Shown: positions 25,335-35,215 of the stretch, piece by piece | How positions within the stretch are numbered: position 1 is the stretch's first letter | How the letters are laid out: every line of letters starts with the position of its first letter | From: a virus | Lineage: Duplodnaviria > Caudoviricetes | Reading direction: 5' to 3' (one strand) | IMG/VR virus record: IMGVR_UViG_3300022876_000192 | Span: 1 to 47,613 of that record | DNA: 47,613 nt | The notes under the pieces: generated by a model | The model's database searches: none | Told to the model about the DNA's origin: nothing | The model's input: only the letters and a program-made list of their open reading frames with translations | Made by a program: the position numbers and the translations under genes

Positions 25335-25901
25335 TTAATGCGTGTGGTGATTGCTGTTGCCGGTGGCATCAATGATTGCGCCGGCGCTGGTGATGCCCTT
25401 AGTAACGTGTAGCGCGCCGTCGATCATCACCGCCGCTTTCAAATTGATGTTGCCGGTGGTCACGTTCACCGCGCTATCGGTCACGACCGCTTCCGTGCTG
25501 GCCACTTTGATGGTGACCGTGCCGCTCGGGAGCGTGATGCTGTAGCTCTTGGCCTGCCAGTCGTAAATCAGCGACCCGCCATCATCAAAACGCCAGACCT
25601 CGACATGATCGCGATTATCTGGCGGCGGCCCGGCATTGCCATACAAGCCCGGGACAAACGTGCCTTGTGACACGTCACCGCTGGGACTGATCAAACTGCC
25701 CTGCTCGCCCAAAGACGGCGCCCGCCAGTGCCTGGCCTTGCCGGCGGCGATGCTGTGCCACCGCACCCAAGCGCTGACCCATTCACTGCCATCCGACACG
25801 CGACATACCGGCGGCGAAGCGGACAGATCCACCGCGACCACGTAGCAAGCCTTTACCGCACCCGCGATCATGCGGTCATGCTGGGCGCTTGCGTAACTCA
25901 C
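25335..25901 (-). CDS. baseplate spike protein V
   Basis: WRAPSLGEQ, FDDGG.L.YD and C-terminal HHTH metal-binding tip. Confidence 0.88.
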   Translation of the reverse strand: MSYASAQHDRMIAGAVKACYVVAVDLSASPPVCRVSDGSEWVSAWVRWHSIAAGKARHWRAPSLGEQGSLISPSGDVSQGTFVPGLYGNAGPPPDNRDHVEVWRFDDGGSLIYDWQAKSYSITLPSGTVTIKVASTEAVVTDSAVNVTTGNINLKAAVMIDGALHVTKGITSAGAIIDATGNSNHHTH

Positions 25902-26410
25902 GGCAGATCCTCCGGCCTGAATTGCCCGTCACCCGGATCGACTTCAAACACCAACGACCCCGGCGGTTCGTCCGGCCACGGCCACTCCTCAACGCCGAGA
26001 TAAACCTGCTGAGTCCACTCCACCAGCCACACCGTGTATCCATCCAGGTGCGGCTGGGTCCAGTCCTGCAGCGATTGCACAAACTCGGCGGGTTCAACTG
26101 CCAACCCCCACGTCTGCGAACGAAGCAACACCGCCAACTGCGTCGCCAATTGCACGGCCTGTTGATGATGGTGCGCCTTGATCGGGTCAACAATGATCCG
26201 AGCCTCGAACTTGCAGACCAGCGAGGTTTCGCCGGTGCCGATATCGGTACCCGGCTCGATCTCGGCCACCTCCAGAAACACCGCTGGCAGCGACACGCGA
26301 TCCTTAATGTCTGGCCAGGCTGTGACGGCCTGTACGCCAGGCAAGTGGGTACGCAGATGCTGTTCTACCGCCCGATAAAGCTGGTCCAGGCTGAACGGTT
26401 CTTCAGACAT
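25898..26410 (-). CDS. probable tail terminator/completion protein
   Basis: ORF MSEEPFSLDQ...PAVFLE...VEWTQQVYLG; position between the gpZ-like gene and gpV. Confidence 0.6.
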   Translation of the reverse strand: MSEEPFSLDQLYRAVEQHLRTHLPGVQAVTAWPDIKDRVSLPAVFLEVAEIEPGTDIGTGETSLVCKFEARIIVDPIKAHHHQQAVQLATQLAVLLRSQTWGLAVEPAEFVQSLQDWTQPHLDGYTVWLVEWTQQVYLGVEEWPWPDEPPGSLVFEVDPGDGQFRPEDLP

Positions 26411-27068
26411 TGCCGATCCTCTTAAGGTACTTCTGCAGCTCAAAGTTGAGTTCCTGCTTGAGAATCGCCAACAGGATCTCATCTGCCTTTTTGACCCAGC
26501 TGTCGAAATGCGGCCGGGCTTGCTCGAGCGACACCTTGGCCTTGGCCAGCGGGAAACGACTACCGTTTTCGGCGACCCAACCCGAACTCGGCCCGCGACC
26601 CGGGGACACCGTGCTGTCCGGGTAGTCGTCCGCGTTGAAATGCTTGGAGGCTGTGCGAATCCAGATGTCGGGCTTGTTGCCGTAGACCTTCTTGAGAAAG
26701 GCACCTTCGTAACGCCGCCCCGCCACCGACACACCGCTCCCGGTCTGCCGCGCCCGGCCGATCCGGCTGGATTCGATGCTGTTCAACCCGAACCACAGTT
26801 TGCCGCTCGCGGCCGCGCCGGAAACCGGATAGCTGCGCAACCGCTGACGCACCGCTGCTACGGCAATGCGCTCTGACCGGCTGACAGCTCGGGCGATGTG
26901 CGTGCGCAACCTTCCCAACGTCTTGTTGATCGCGCGCCGATGCGCCGAAGCAGCCGCTTTCGGCACCACCTTGGCAAAGTCCTGGAACGCCTGAAAATCT
27001 GCGGCCGAGGACTGGATAGAGATCATCCCGCCTCCGGCCGAGGGTTTGAAATAGCTGCCGACACTCAT
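26403..27068 (-). CDS. minor tail/neck protein, lambda gpZ-like
   Basis: Basic protein with A..RAINKT motif; position after the head-tail joining gene. Confidence 0.7.
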   Translation of the reverse strand: MSVGSYFKPSAGGGMISIQSSAADFQAFQDFAKVVPKAAASAHRRAINKTLGRLRTHIARAVSRSERIAVAAVRQRLRSYPVSGAAASGKLWFGLNSIESSRIGRARQTGSGVSVAGRRYEGAFLKKVYGNKPDIWIRTASKHFNADDYPDSTVSPGRGPSSGWVAENGSRFPLAKAKVSLEQARPHFDSWVKKADEILLAILKQELNFELQKYLKRIGNV

Positions 27069-27385
27069 GGCCGCAACCTCAGAATCAGGGCGACCAGTCC
27101 GTCGCCGCTTGGTTCGAGCTGGATCAAGTCGTAGTCACCGCCGCCATCCAAGGCAGGCAGGTCAACGCTGACCAGCATGCCCTGTTCCAGACCTTGCGAA
27201 TCGCTGACGCGGATCTCGAAGCGAGGCTCACGCAACCCGGTGTTGAGCTTGCCGAACTTGGGTTGCAGCCAGGGAGCGGCAAACATGCCGAGCACTGGCT
27301 CTTCGCGACCCTCGATCCGTGCGGTGTCGCCCAGCGTTTCGAACACCACCGCATCGACTTCGGCGATCAGATCGCGAAAGCCCAT
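27065..27385 (-). CDS. head-tail joining (head closure) protein
   Basis: 106 aa beta-rich ORF ending EPSGDGLVALIL, directly after the capsid gene. Confidence 0.7.
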   Translation of the reverse strand: MGFRDLIAEVDAVVFETLGDTARIEGREEPVLGMFAAPWLQPKFGKLNTGLREPRFEIRVSDSQGLEQGMLVSVDLPALDGGGDYDLIQLEPSGDGLVALILRLRP

Positions 27386-27387
27386 AT

Positions 27388-28383
27388 TCAGAGTTCCAGC
27401 AGGATCTGGGCGCGCGGTCGAGTGCACAGGTGCAGCGGGTTGGACTGAGCTTCGCCGGCCATACCTTTGTTGAAGGGCAGCGGCTCGATCATGCTGTAGT
27501 ACGGGATGCCCTGGGTGTTGACCGTTTCCATGTAGTCGGCCGGTGCAAACACAGAGATGTACAGATCGGGCACGCCTTCCGGCACCAGCAGCGCCTTGTC
27601 GTCATGGACAAAAGACACGCCGGCGACCTTGCCACGGTAGCGCTCCCAGATGATGCCGCCGAACTCGAAACTTTCCCGGGCGTCACCACGCAGCGCTGCC
27701 GCTTGCTGACTGTTGAGGTAGGTCTCTTTGACCGACTTGTGAACAATCAGCTTGTTCCAGAAGTTCTTGCCGCAGAAAGCGCGCGAACCGGTACTGGTCA
27801 CGCTGCCCAGCGCATCCTCCTGCATGTCCAGCGCCTCACCGCACATGACCCGCAGCTCGGTATCGGCCTTGGTTAGCCCCATGGACATCTTCTGACGCTG
27901 CACACCGAAGCGCTCATACAAGTCCAGCAGCACCGTCGAACCATCAGCGTCGAGGATCTGGCCGTTGAGTGCGCCCATGCGCTGGAACTCATGCGTGGCG
28001 TCCAACTGACGACGCGCCTTAGCCAGACGCGCATTGACCACGTCCTGCACCGCCTGCAGCTCAGTGCGAGTGCCGAAGGCGCGGATGCCTTGGATCTCAT
28101 CCGCCTTGATGGTGAAACGCTCCGGCAGGTGCACGGTGTTGAACGGGATCAGGTTGCGCTTGCTGGCCGCAACTACCAAGCCTGAACCACCGCGCTCACC
28201 GGCTGGCACCAGTGCCAGGGTGTCACCGTCCTTTTCAATCTGCACGGTCAGGGTGGTAATGCCTTCCTCGCGGAACAGACCAAGGGCGCTGATGCGGCCC
28301 GGCAGGTAGGGCTGATCATTGAGTGCAGCGGTCAGCGAGGTAACGGTAAACGCTTCGTCTTCAAAAATGGCGATATCGGCCAT
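27388..28383 (-). CDS. major capsid protein (lambda gpE family)
   Basis: LTAALND.PY.PGRI..LGLF and AQSNPLHLCTRP motifs. Confidence 0.9.
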   Translation of the reverse strand: MADIAIFEDEAFTVTSLTAALNDQPYLPGRISALGLFREEGITTLTVQIEKDGDTLALVPAGERGGSGLVVAASKRNLIPFNTVHLPERFTIKADEIQGIRAFGTRTELQAVQDVVNARLAKARRQLDATHEFQRMGALNGQILDADGSTVLLDLYERFGVQRQKMSMGLTKADTELRVMCGEALDMQEDALGSVTSTGSRAFCGKNFWNKLIVHKSVKETYLNSQQAAALRGDARESFEFGGIIWERYRGKVAGVSFVHDDKALLVPEGVPDLYISVFAPADYMETVNTQGIPYYSMIEPLPFNKGMAGEAQSNPLHLCTRPRAQILLEL

Positions 28384-28446
28384 GGGGTACTCTCCAGAAA
28401 CGAAAAATCCCGCACGCGGCGGGATGCATATAAAGAAGGAAACGTC

Positions 28447-28791
28447 TTAGCGGACGATCAGGAAATGAGCGGCCAGATCTTTTTCGGCTTCAGGATCCAG
28501 CCCTGTCAGGTGCGCTTCGCTGACCTCAGCCATTCGCGCCACAGCGCGACCACGGCGCACGATGTCCGACTCGCCCAACGGCCCGTAAAGGATCGCGGCA
28601 GCGGATTGGGTACCGTCTTCGGCGGCCGGATCATACGGCGCAAACTCGCCCGTGGCCGTCACCAGACCGAGGACTTGGCCCGGATTCAGTGCCGGGCCGG
28701 CGGCGACATTGATCGTTTCCCGCGAAATGTTCCCGGCGCCTTCGGACAGCAGGAATTCACCTGCGTGCATCGGTTCCTTTTTGATGGTCAT
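28447..28791 (-). CDS. head decoration protein (lambda gpD-like)
   Basis: GEFLLSE..G.ISRE, GQVLG and DGTQ.A.AIL motifs. Confidence 0.85.
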   Translation of the reverse strand: MTIKKEPMHAGEFLLSEGAGNISRETINVAAGPALNPGQVLGLVTATGEFAPYDPAAEDGTQSAAAILYGPLGESDIVRRGRAVARMAEVSEAHLTGLDPEAEKDLAAHFLIVR

Positions 28792-29942
28792 GCTCGTGCT
28801 CCTTTCGCGCTTTGCGCGGTTCCAGTTTGGGCCGCTTGGCGAGCAGCCCAAATCGAGTTGGGGTCAGGTTGTTTGGCCAGCACCTTGGGCGCCAGGTCGT
28901 CCGCCAGCGGCAGACTGTTGTCGATTTCAAAGCCCTTACCGCTGGTGACAATCTTGTCGAACAGACGCGCCCGCACCGCCGCCTCGTCCAGACCTGCAGC
29001 GACATACTCGGCGCTGAATTCAGGCAGCCGCGCGGCCACGCAGAGGTCGTTAATCGCCTTGGCGCGTGCCAGACCCACCAAAACGACCTCTTCACTTTCA
29101 AGCTGGGTTGACTTGAGCAGCGGCTCGATCAGGTTGCTGATGCCCGCCGCCGTGCAGCGCTGAGTGACCAGCAATGCCAACTTGGTCGAGTCGACTACAG
29201 GCGGCACCAGCGGCGGATCGACAGGATCAAGATCCGGATCCGGTTCGGGCGCCTCGTCGAGCTGGGCCAGCAAATCAGCCGGTGCGTTCTGGAATCGTTG
29301 CAGCACCGCGCCTTGACCGAGACAGGCTTTGACCTTGACGCCGTCGCCCACTTCATCGGCCAGCCCCAAAGCCACCGCTTCGTTGGCGGTCAGCCAAGTT
29401 TCAGCATCAACCATTCGCCGCAGTTCGGCGTCATCAATGTCGGGAGCCTTGGCCTTATAGGCCGCGATGATCGCCTCCAAGGTCTGATCCAATACATCAG
29501 CAACCCGGCGGAAGTCCTCAGCGCTACCGCCTGTATAGGTGTATGGGTTGTGAATCATCAACATGGCGTTGGCCGCGATTACTACGCGGTGTGCGCCGCA
29601 CACGGCCACACTGGCCGCACTCGCGGCCAGTGCATCAATGCGACCAGTGCAGCGCTCGCCCAGCCGCGACAGCGCGTTGTGCATGGCCAGACCATCGAAC
29701 AGGTCACCGCCGATACTGTTGAACGCGGCGACCACCGGCGACACACCATCATCCATGGCGCGCAGATCCTGCACGAATTGATTGGCAGTGATACCCCAAG
29801 CACCGATCTCGCCATAGACGAAGACTTCGATCACTCGCTCGGTGGACTCGCCGCTGGCATGAACGGCGTACCAAGTCTTGTCCTTGACCTCGACGCGTTT
29901 GCCGGCGCGGTTGTAAATACGCGGTTTCGCGCGCTTGCTCAT
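28788..29942 (-). CDS. ClpP-like prohead protease with scaffold extension
   Basis: NSIGGDLFDG, LAASAASV, LMIHNP and ETWLTA.EAVALGLAD motifs. Confidence 0.9.
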   Translation of the reverse strand: MSKRAKPRIYNRAGKRVEVKDKTWYAVHASGESTERVIEVFVYGEIGAWGITANQFVQDLRAMDDGVSPVVAAFNSIGGDLFDGLAMHNALSRLGERCTGRIDALAASAASVAVCGAHRVVIAANAMLMIHNPYTYTGGSAEDFRRVADVLDQTLEAIIAAYKAKAPDIDDAELRRMVDAETWLTANEAVALGLADEVGDGVKVKACLGQGAVLQRFQNAPADLLAQLDEAPEPDPDLDPVDPPLVPPVVDSTKLALLVTQRCTAAGISNLIEPLLKSTQLESEEVVLVGLARAKAINDLCVAARLPEFSAEYVAAGLDEAAVRARLFDKIVTSGKGFEIDNSLPLADDLAPKVLAKQPDPNSIWAARQAAQTGTAQSAKGARA

Positions 29943-31420
29943 GGTTGCTCCTTGTCGTCGGTGTCTTCGACGGCATCAAGGGTGTTGTAGTTGAGGCCCA
30001 ATAAGGTGGCGCGTGCCAGATCAGCAGCGTTTTCCAGATCGACCGTTTCGGCGTCGTAGCCAGTGCGCAAAACCATCTCGCTGCGCGACGAAAAACCGGC
30101 TCTCACCTCCATCGCTCGCGCCTGCACGTCCTGCACCGGCTGGATGTAAGCCCAGCCTTGTGGCACCCAGCGGGTGCGCAGGTATTGCCGGCGCTTCTGT
30201 GCGTAATCGTCCAGCACCAAGACACCCGACAGCACCGCCATGTCCATCCACGCAGCTCGTACCGGGCGGCAGAGTTGATGCACGTACACGCTGAACTGCA
30301 GTTGTTCCAGGCGACGCCGAAACTCGTTGAGTACCACCCGCAGCGCTCGATCGTTGATGCCGCGCATGTCGCCGGTGAGGATCTCGTAAGGCGTGCCCGA
30401 TCCCGCTGCTGCAGCCATCAATTGCTGCCGCATGAAGTCCGGGTAGTTGTTGCCCGCGTCCGGCGGTTTGGAAAATTCCACCTCTTCGCCCGGACCGAGT
30501 TCCTGCATGGTGCCGGGTTCGAGCGCGACCATCGGCGTAAAACCATCGCGATCCGTAACCAGCGGCGCACCGGTAACCGGGTCGCGCGGCATGGGTCCCG
30601 ATTCCGGCGGGGGGCGAGTGATGAAGCCGGCAAACAGGTTGGCCACCTCCTGACGGAACAGCACCGCGTCGTCGTAGTTGTCCAAACTGCGCAGCCGTTT
30701 CAGAACCGGCGACAAGCGCGGCACACCGCGCAACTGGCCAGGTTCGACCGGTTCGAAGATGTGCAGCACCTGCGTGGCCGGGACGCGCACTAGCTGGTTG
30801 TAGCCGGCGTTCAACGAGGCCGCATCACGCGGGTGCGACAGGTACATCCAATACGCTACCCGCTTGCCGCCGGGCGTGTACTCGATGCCGGCTCGGATGA
30901 CGTTGCCGTTCTTGGTGCTCTCGAATTTGTCGTGCGGCACGAACTCCGGCGCCAGGATCTGCAACTGCAGCGGAACCGCCAAACCTTCGTCCCGACTGCG
31001 AGGACGCAACCGGACGAAGCACTCGCCCGATGTTTCCACCGTGCGCGCCACCAGCGCCTGCTGGCCGTAAAAGTCGGTGCGGTCATCCGCATCAGACTCA
31101 TCAACCCAATCGCTCCACAGCTCCTGCAGCAGCTTGCGCAGGGCATCATCATCGGTCGCTGGCCGAGGGGTGATGCCGGTGCCGATCAGGTTGCTGACGC
31201 GCTTGTCGATGACGTTGAAGGCATACGGGTCATTGCGAACCGCTGCCCGGGAGCGCGACCGCAAATTGCGCAGTGCCGGGGTGTTGATGCTGTTGATCCC
31301 GTTGTCGGGAGCGTCCCAGTTAGCGGATCGGCGGCCTTCACCAGCGCCTTCGTAACTGGCCTTGATGTTGGACGGCAGCACAAAGCCGTTACGGGTCAAC
31401 GTCGGAAAATGTCGGGCCAT
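29939..31420 (-). CDS. portal protein (lambda family)
   Basis: LRSRSR..VRND.YA, GQLRGVP and LTGD motifs; 493 aa. Confidence 0.92.
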   Translation of the reverse strand: MARHFPTLTRNGFVLPSNIKASYEGAGEGRRSANWDAPDNGINSINTPALRNLRSRSRAAVRNDPYAFNVIDKRVSNLIGTGITPRPATDDDALRKLLQELWSDWVDESDADDRTDFYGQQALVARTVETSGECFVRLRPRSRDEGLAVPLQLQILAPEFVPHDKFESTKNGNVIRAGIEYTPGGKRVAYWMYLSHPRDAASLNAGYNQLVRVPATQVLHIFEPVEPGQLRGVPRLSPVLKRLRSLDNYDDAVLFRQEVANLFAGFITRPPPESGPMPRDPVTGAPLVTDRDGFTPMVALEPGTMQELGPGEEVEFSKPPDAGNNYPDFMRQQLMAAAAGSGTPYEILTGDMRGINDRALRVVLNEFRRRLEQLQFSVYVHQLCRPVRAAWMDMAVLSGVLVLDDYAQKRRQYLRTRWVPQGWAYIQPVQDVQARAMEVRAGFSSRSEMVLRTGYDAETVDLENAADLARATLLGLNYNTLDAVEDTDDKEQP

Positions 31421-31626
31421 TAAAGTCCCCTGCCCCCGTGATAAAGGCGAACCACGCGCGAACGTGGCCCGGCGGCGCTGGCCAGCGACGAGCGTATTTC
31501 TTCGCGCGCCTTGAGCAGTTCATCGACCGTGCGGTATTCCACGGTACGGTCGGTGTAGCGCACAGTTTTTTCACCGCGAGCAATGGCCGCCTCAACCGCG
31601 TCGAGGTGCTTTTTTGTAAAGGACAT
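31420..31626 (-). CDS. head-tail joining protein (lambda gpW-like)
   Basis: 68 aa, AIARGEKTVRY.DRTVEYR; between terminase and portal. Confidence 0.85.
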   Translation of the reverse strand: MSFTKKHLDAVEAAIARGEKTVRYTDRTVEYRTVDELLKAREEIRSSLASAAGPRSRVVRLYHGGRGL

Positions 31627-31627
31627 A

Positions 31628-33652
31628 TCAGCGTCTCTTCAGATAGCCGCTGGCAGAGCTGCGGCGTTGAGGGGGTGCTGCCGGTCGCGCTTGCGTAACC
31701 GATGCAGCGGGTGGTGGTGCGGGCTGGGCTTGGCGTACAGCAGCAGGCGCCGGTGTTTGCTCAACATAAAGTCGCTCGCCCTGAGCAGGCTTGGTGCTCA
31801 AGGCGTCATCGAACAAGCCGGACTGGGCTAGGGCTTGTCGCACCCTGTCCCAATCGTGTTCCTGGTAGCGGTTGATGCCGAGGTAATGTGCCATGGCCAG
31901 GCAGTACACCATCAGGTCGAGCGCTTCGTTGCGCTCGGCCTTGCCCTTCACCCATTCGATGCGCTTGTGCCCGCGCACGTAACGCACGACTTTGCGCTCG
32001 GCGACGCACTGGGCGAAGAACTCGTCCGGCAGGTCGTTGGCAAAGTGCAGCGAACCCGGGCCGTCCGGGAACGGGTACCGGTTGTAGATCCAGTCTTTGG
32101 CGGTGTCGGTACCGACAAACCACAGCTCGGCGCCGTTGCGTTCGGTCTGGCCCTTCCAAGTCACGTCGACCATGGACGGGCGCTGTGCAATCACCGGGCG
32201 GCCAGGCTTGCTCGCGCCCTTGATGGCGAAGATGTTGCGCCAGCGGCGAACGCGGCAGAACTGGTAGACCTCATCGGTGTGATGACCGCCGGAGTCGACA
32301 CCCACGGCGAGAATCGCCAGACCGACACCACAGGGATGCCTGTAACGGGCCTTGAGTTTCTCGTCCAGTACAGCCCAGGTGCGCTCGTCTGCCGGATCGC
32401 CCCAGATGATCTGGTGATCGACCACCCAGCGCTCCATGCCCACGCCGAAGCCCATCACCATCAGTTCCAGGCGGTTAGCCTGGACGTCGACGGCGCCGGT
32501 CAGCATCAGCACACCGACCGGCATCGCGCCGAGGGTGTAGGTCTCCAGCCGCGCCCGAGCGATCAGCACTTCCGCCTTGGTCTGTTCAAGCGCGCTGTCC
32601 CAAACCTTCGCCAGACGGGTGTTGTAGAACACCTGCATCAGGCTGGTATCACCTTGTGACTGGGCTTTTTTCGCATCCTCGAACTCGACGGCGAGCGAGG
32701 ACCAATCCATCCAGCCGGTCGGCGAATACAGGGCGCTGAGATGAAACCCCACGGTCTTGCCATCGCCACGACCATGCGCGCGCCACTCACCTCGGGCGAG
32801 CATATCGCTTTTGTGGTGCTCCTCGATCAGCACGTCGCATTCAGGAGCGGCGCACTCGTAATGCACGGTGGCGAAGTCCGCGCTGTAGTGCAGCCGCTCC
32901 CACTCCAACACCTGCATATGGCCGCAGGTGGGGCACGGCACATAATAGTGACGCTGGTCGCTGGACTCGAACAGATCGGCGATCCGCGAGGCACCCTTGA
33001 TCGTCGGCGAGCTGGAAAAATAGATCTTGGCATTGCGCCCGAAGTTGGTCGCCCGCGTTTCGGCCAGCCTGATGGGATCCCCCTCCTGACCGACATCGTT
33101 TTCCCAGCGGTCGACTTCGTCGCCATAGATGTAACGTGCCGACAGCTCCGAGAGGTTGGCCGCAGAACCGGCGGTGGTCACGTACAGCGAACCACCTTCA
33201 AATTCCTTGGTGTCCATCGTATTGCGGGCATCCCGTGAGCGACTGGTGGCCACGCGCTCACGCAGCACCGGTGTGGCCTTGATGGTTTTGCTGATCCGCC
33301 CCGAAACCCGCTTGGACAATCCAAGGCTGGGCAGCAAAGCCAGGATGTTTGAAGGCGCCATGTGGATCAGGCCACCCATCCAGTTGAGGGCGATCTGGGT
33401 TTTCATCAACTGCGAGGCCACCATGGTGACCACGCGCCTGCAAGGGTGAGCCGGCGACAAGCAGCGCATCGGTTCGCGAGCATAAGGTGTCCGCGAGGTG
33501 CGGTACTGGCCTGGCTCTGGGGCGCCGGTGTCTCGCGGGATTCGCATGTACTCGTCGGCCCATTCATCGATCCAGAGATCGGGATCAGGACGCAGTCCAC
33601 GGAAGTAATTCTCACGGTACACCTTTGCACCGTCAGAAAATTCCGTGTGCAT
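31628..33652 (-). CDS. terminase large subunit (lambda gpA family)
   Basis: RTPY, SQLMKT (Walker A variant), YGDEVD, SSPT, CPTC, GVDSGG and RNEALD motifs. Confidence 0.93.
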   Translation of the reverse strand: MHTEFSDGAKVYRENYFRGLRPDPDLWIDEWADEYMRIPRDTGAPEPGQYRTSRTPYAREPMRCLSPAHPCRRVVTMVASQLMKTQIALNWMGGLIHMAPSNILALLPSLGLSKRVSGRISKTIKATPVLRERVATSRSRDARNTMDTKEFEGGSLYVTTAGSAANLSELSARYIYGDEVDRWENDVGQEGDPIRLAETRATNFGRNAKIYFSSSPTIKGASRIADLFESSDQRHYYVPCPTCGHMQVLEWERLHYSADFATVHYECAAPECDVLIEEHHKSDMLARGEWRAHGRGDGKTVGFHLSALYSPTGWMDWSSLAVEFEDAKKAQSQGDTSLMQVFYNTRLAKVWDSALEQTKAEVLIARARLETYTLGAMPVGVLMLTGAVDVQANRLELMVMGFGVGMERWVVDHQIIWGDPADERTWAVLDEKLKARYRHPCGVGLAILAVGVDSGGHHTDEVYQFCRVRRWRNIFAIKGASKPGRPVIAQRPSMVDVTWKGQTERNGAELWFVGTDTAKDWIYNRYPFPDGPGSLHFANDLPDEFFAQCVAERKVVRYVRGHKRIEWVKGKAERNEALDLMVYCLAMAHYLGINRYQEHDWDRVRQALAQSGLFDDALSTKPAQGERLYVEQTPAPAAVRQAQPAPPPAASVTQARPAAPPQRRSSASGYLKRR

Positions 33653-33656
33653 GGGT

Positions 33657-34247
33657 TTAATCCGCTATCAGGGCGTGTTCAAGATCCGCTGAAGAGAGGC
33701 GCTCAGCTTCTTCCAGCGTCCGACGAATTGTTGCCGTCAGGTGTTTTTCGATTTGCCAGGGATCCGTCATCGCCGCCAAGTCATAGGACAGTTGCGGCAG
33801 CGGTCCAAACAGCTGGTCACGCAACAAACGACCCGCGTCATAGGCACCGGTCTCTACTGCCTCCCGGGACACCAATGAGCCTTGCGCTTTGCCCAGTTCG
33901 ATCTCGGCCAGTTTGGCCATGTTGTGTTCGCGCAGCGCGCGGGACTTCTGGTAGTCGGGGTGTTTGCCATCGACTGGTATGAGTTGCGGCGGCGCAGCCG
34001 TGGAAGTCGGCTCAGTCAGTGGGGACAGTTGACTGTAAACGTCACGCTGAATCCGCTCTTGCTGGTGACGTTCGGCGACTGCAGCCTTGCTTGGGTCGCT
34101 GGTCTTATCAAGCAGTGCCTCAGTAGCCTCAAGATCAATCTTGCCGTTTTCGGTAAGCACCAGCCGATCCTGGCTGGCCAATTTGGAAACATAGGATTTG
34201 GCCCACCCGCGCCGGGCCGCAAACTCCGTTTTGCTGATGATTGTCAT
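33657..34247 (-). CDS. terminase small subunit
   Basis: N-terminal wHTH (SKTEFAARRGWAKSYVSKL) and coiled coil; directly upstream of TerL. Confidence 0.85.
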   Translation of the reverse strand: MTIISKTEFAARRGWAKSYVSKLASQDRLVLTENGKIDLEATEALLDKTSDPSKAAVAERHQQERIQRDVYSQLSPLTEPTSTAAPPQLIPVDGKHPDYQKSRALREHNMAKLAEIELGKAQGSLVSREAVETGAYDAGRLLRDQLFGPLPQLSYDLAAMTDPWQIEKHLTATIRRTLEEAERLSSADLEHALIAD

Positions 34248-34260
34248 GGTTAATTTCTCC

Positions 34261-34384
34261 AGTTCACCCCGCGAGTTCACCTGTTCACCCCCAGTTCACC
34301 TCAGTTCACTAAGCTGGTGAACCGCCCGCTAACACAGTCCCGCGGGTTTCCGACCCCGTGTCCTTCAGATACCCCTAGGGTCCC
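34261..34384 (-). other. lambda-like cos site (cosQ, cosN and cosB-like repeats)
   Basis: Minus strand GGGACCC (34378-34384) ... ACG-GGGTCGGAAACC-CGCGGG (34345-34356) parallels lambda GGGTCCT...ACG-GGGCGGCGACCT-CGCGGG; five GTTCAC repeats at 34262-34309 plus one inverted copy at 34317. Confidence 0.7.
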
Positions 34385-34414
34385 CGGCGGTTTTCGGGGT
34401 GCCGGGGCGGTGCA

Positions 34415-34759
34415 TCACCCCTGCCCGCCGCTGGTTGGCGGGGCTTCACTGAGGCCCAGTCGTTTGGCAGCCCATCGTTCATACAACCCGATGGCCACAT
34501 CCGCACCGGCCATCGCCGTCAGGCAACCCAACGCGCCCGCCGTCCACAACGACATCCCGGCGGCAATCATCAACATCATCGCTGTCACCCCGCAGACAAT
34601 ACAGGCACCAGACCGAAGCGCGAGCCTGCGCAACAACGCCCAGCCCCGCGCCCCATCTTTATCTGCTCGCCACATCTCCCCCGACACGCCACCGACCAAG
34701 GCCAACACGACCACTAACCAGATCGGCATCTCTGCCAGCGCTTGTTGCTCATTCGTCAT
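34415..34759 (-). CDS. holin
   Basis: 114 aa with 3 hydrophobic segments; LALVGGVSGEMWRADK motif typical of Pseudomonas phage/pyocin holins; first late gene. Confidence 0.85.
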   Translation of the reverse strand: MTNEQQALAEMPIWLVVVLALVGGVSGEMWRADKDGARGWALLRRLALRSGACIVCGVTAMMLMIAAGMSLWTAGALGCLTAMAGADVAIGLYERWAAKRLGLSEAPPTSGGQG

Positions 34760-34867
34760 GTCTGCTCCCCATGTTTTATAGATTCGGAACACGTCCAAGT
34801 TACTTGGCTGTCACACCAGAATGTAAGAAGCTCTATCCGACGTAATCCAACGGATCGGAGCAGAGCA

Positions 34868-35215
34868 ATGAGTGTATTGATCGATGTCGTAACCACAGTG
34901 GGTGTGGTTGGCTCGCTAATGATTGGATGGGTTCAACTAACAGATCAGAAGCGATTGGAGCTGCGCACATGGGCAATCAAGCTCGCAACGATTGCCAGTG
35001 TTCTGTTGGTGGTGGGCAGCGGGATATGGGAAACGATCAAGTTCGGTAGGAGTGATGCGCCTTTGACGCGCATGGATATCTTGTGGCTCCTAGCTAACCT
35101 GTGGAACACAATATTTTATCTAGCGATTGGCGTTGCTCTTGCTGCGTACTGGTCTAGCCCCAAGGGTACGAAGGAAAAGCTGGCAGCCTTTCGAATTCCC
35201 ACCAGCGACAAATAA
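34868..35215 (+). CDS. membrane moron protein (about 3 TM helices)
   Basis: 115 aa hydrophobic ORF with GGAG SD, antisense to the late operon, followed by a terminator. Confidence 0.7.
   Translation: MSVLIDVVTTVGVVGSLMIGWVQLTDQKRLELRTWAIKLATIASVLLVVGSGIWETIKFGRSDAPLTRMDILWLLANLWNTIFYLAIGVALAAYWSSPKGTKEKLAAFRIPTSDK

Noticed and set aside
13605-33982. Many long + strand ORFs (e.g. 13605-14567, 18569-19450, 23774-24622, 31835-32659)
   Set aside because: Antisense shadows of high-GC structural genes with no recognisable motifs
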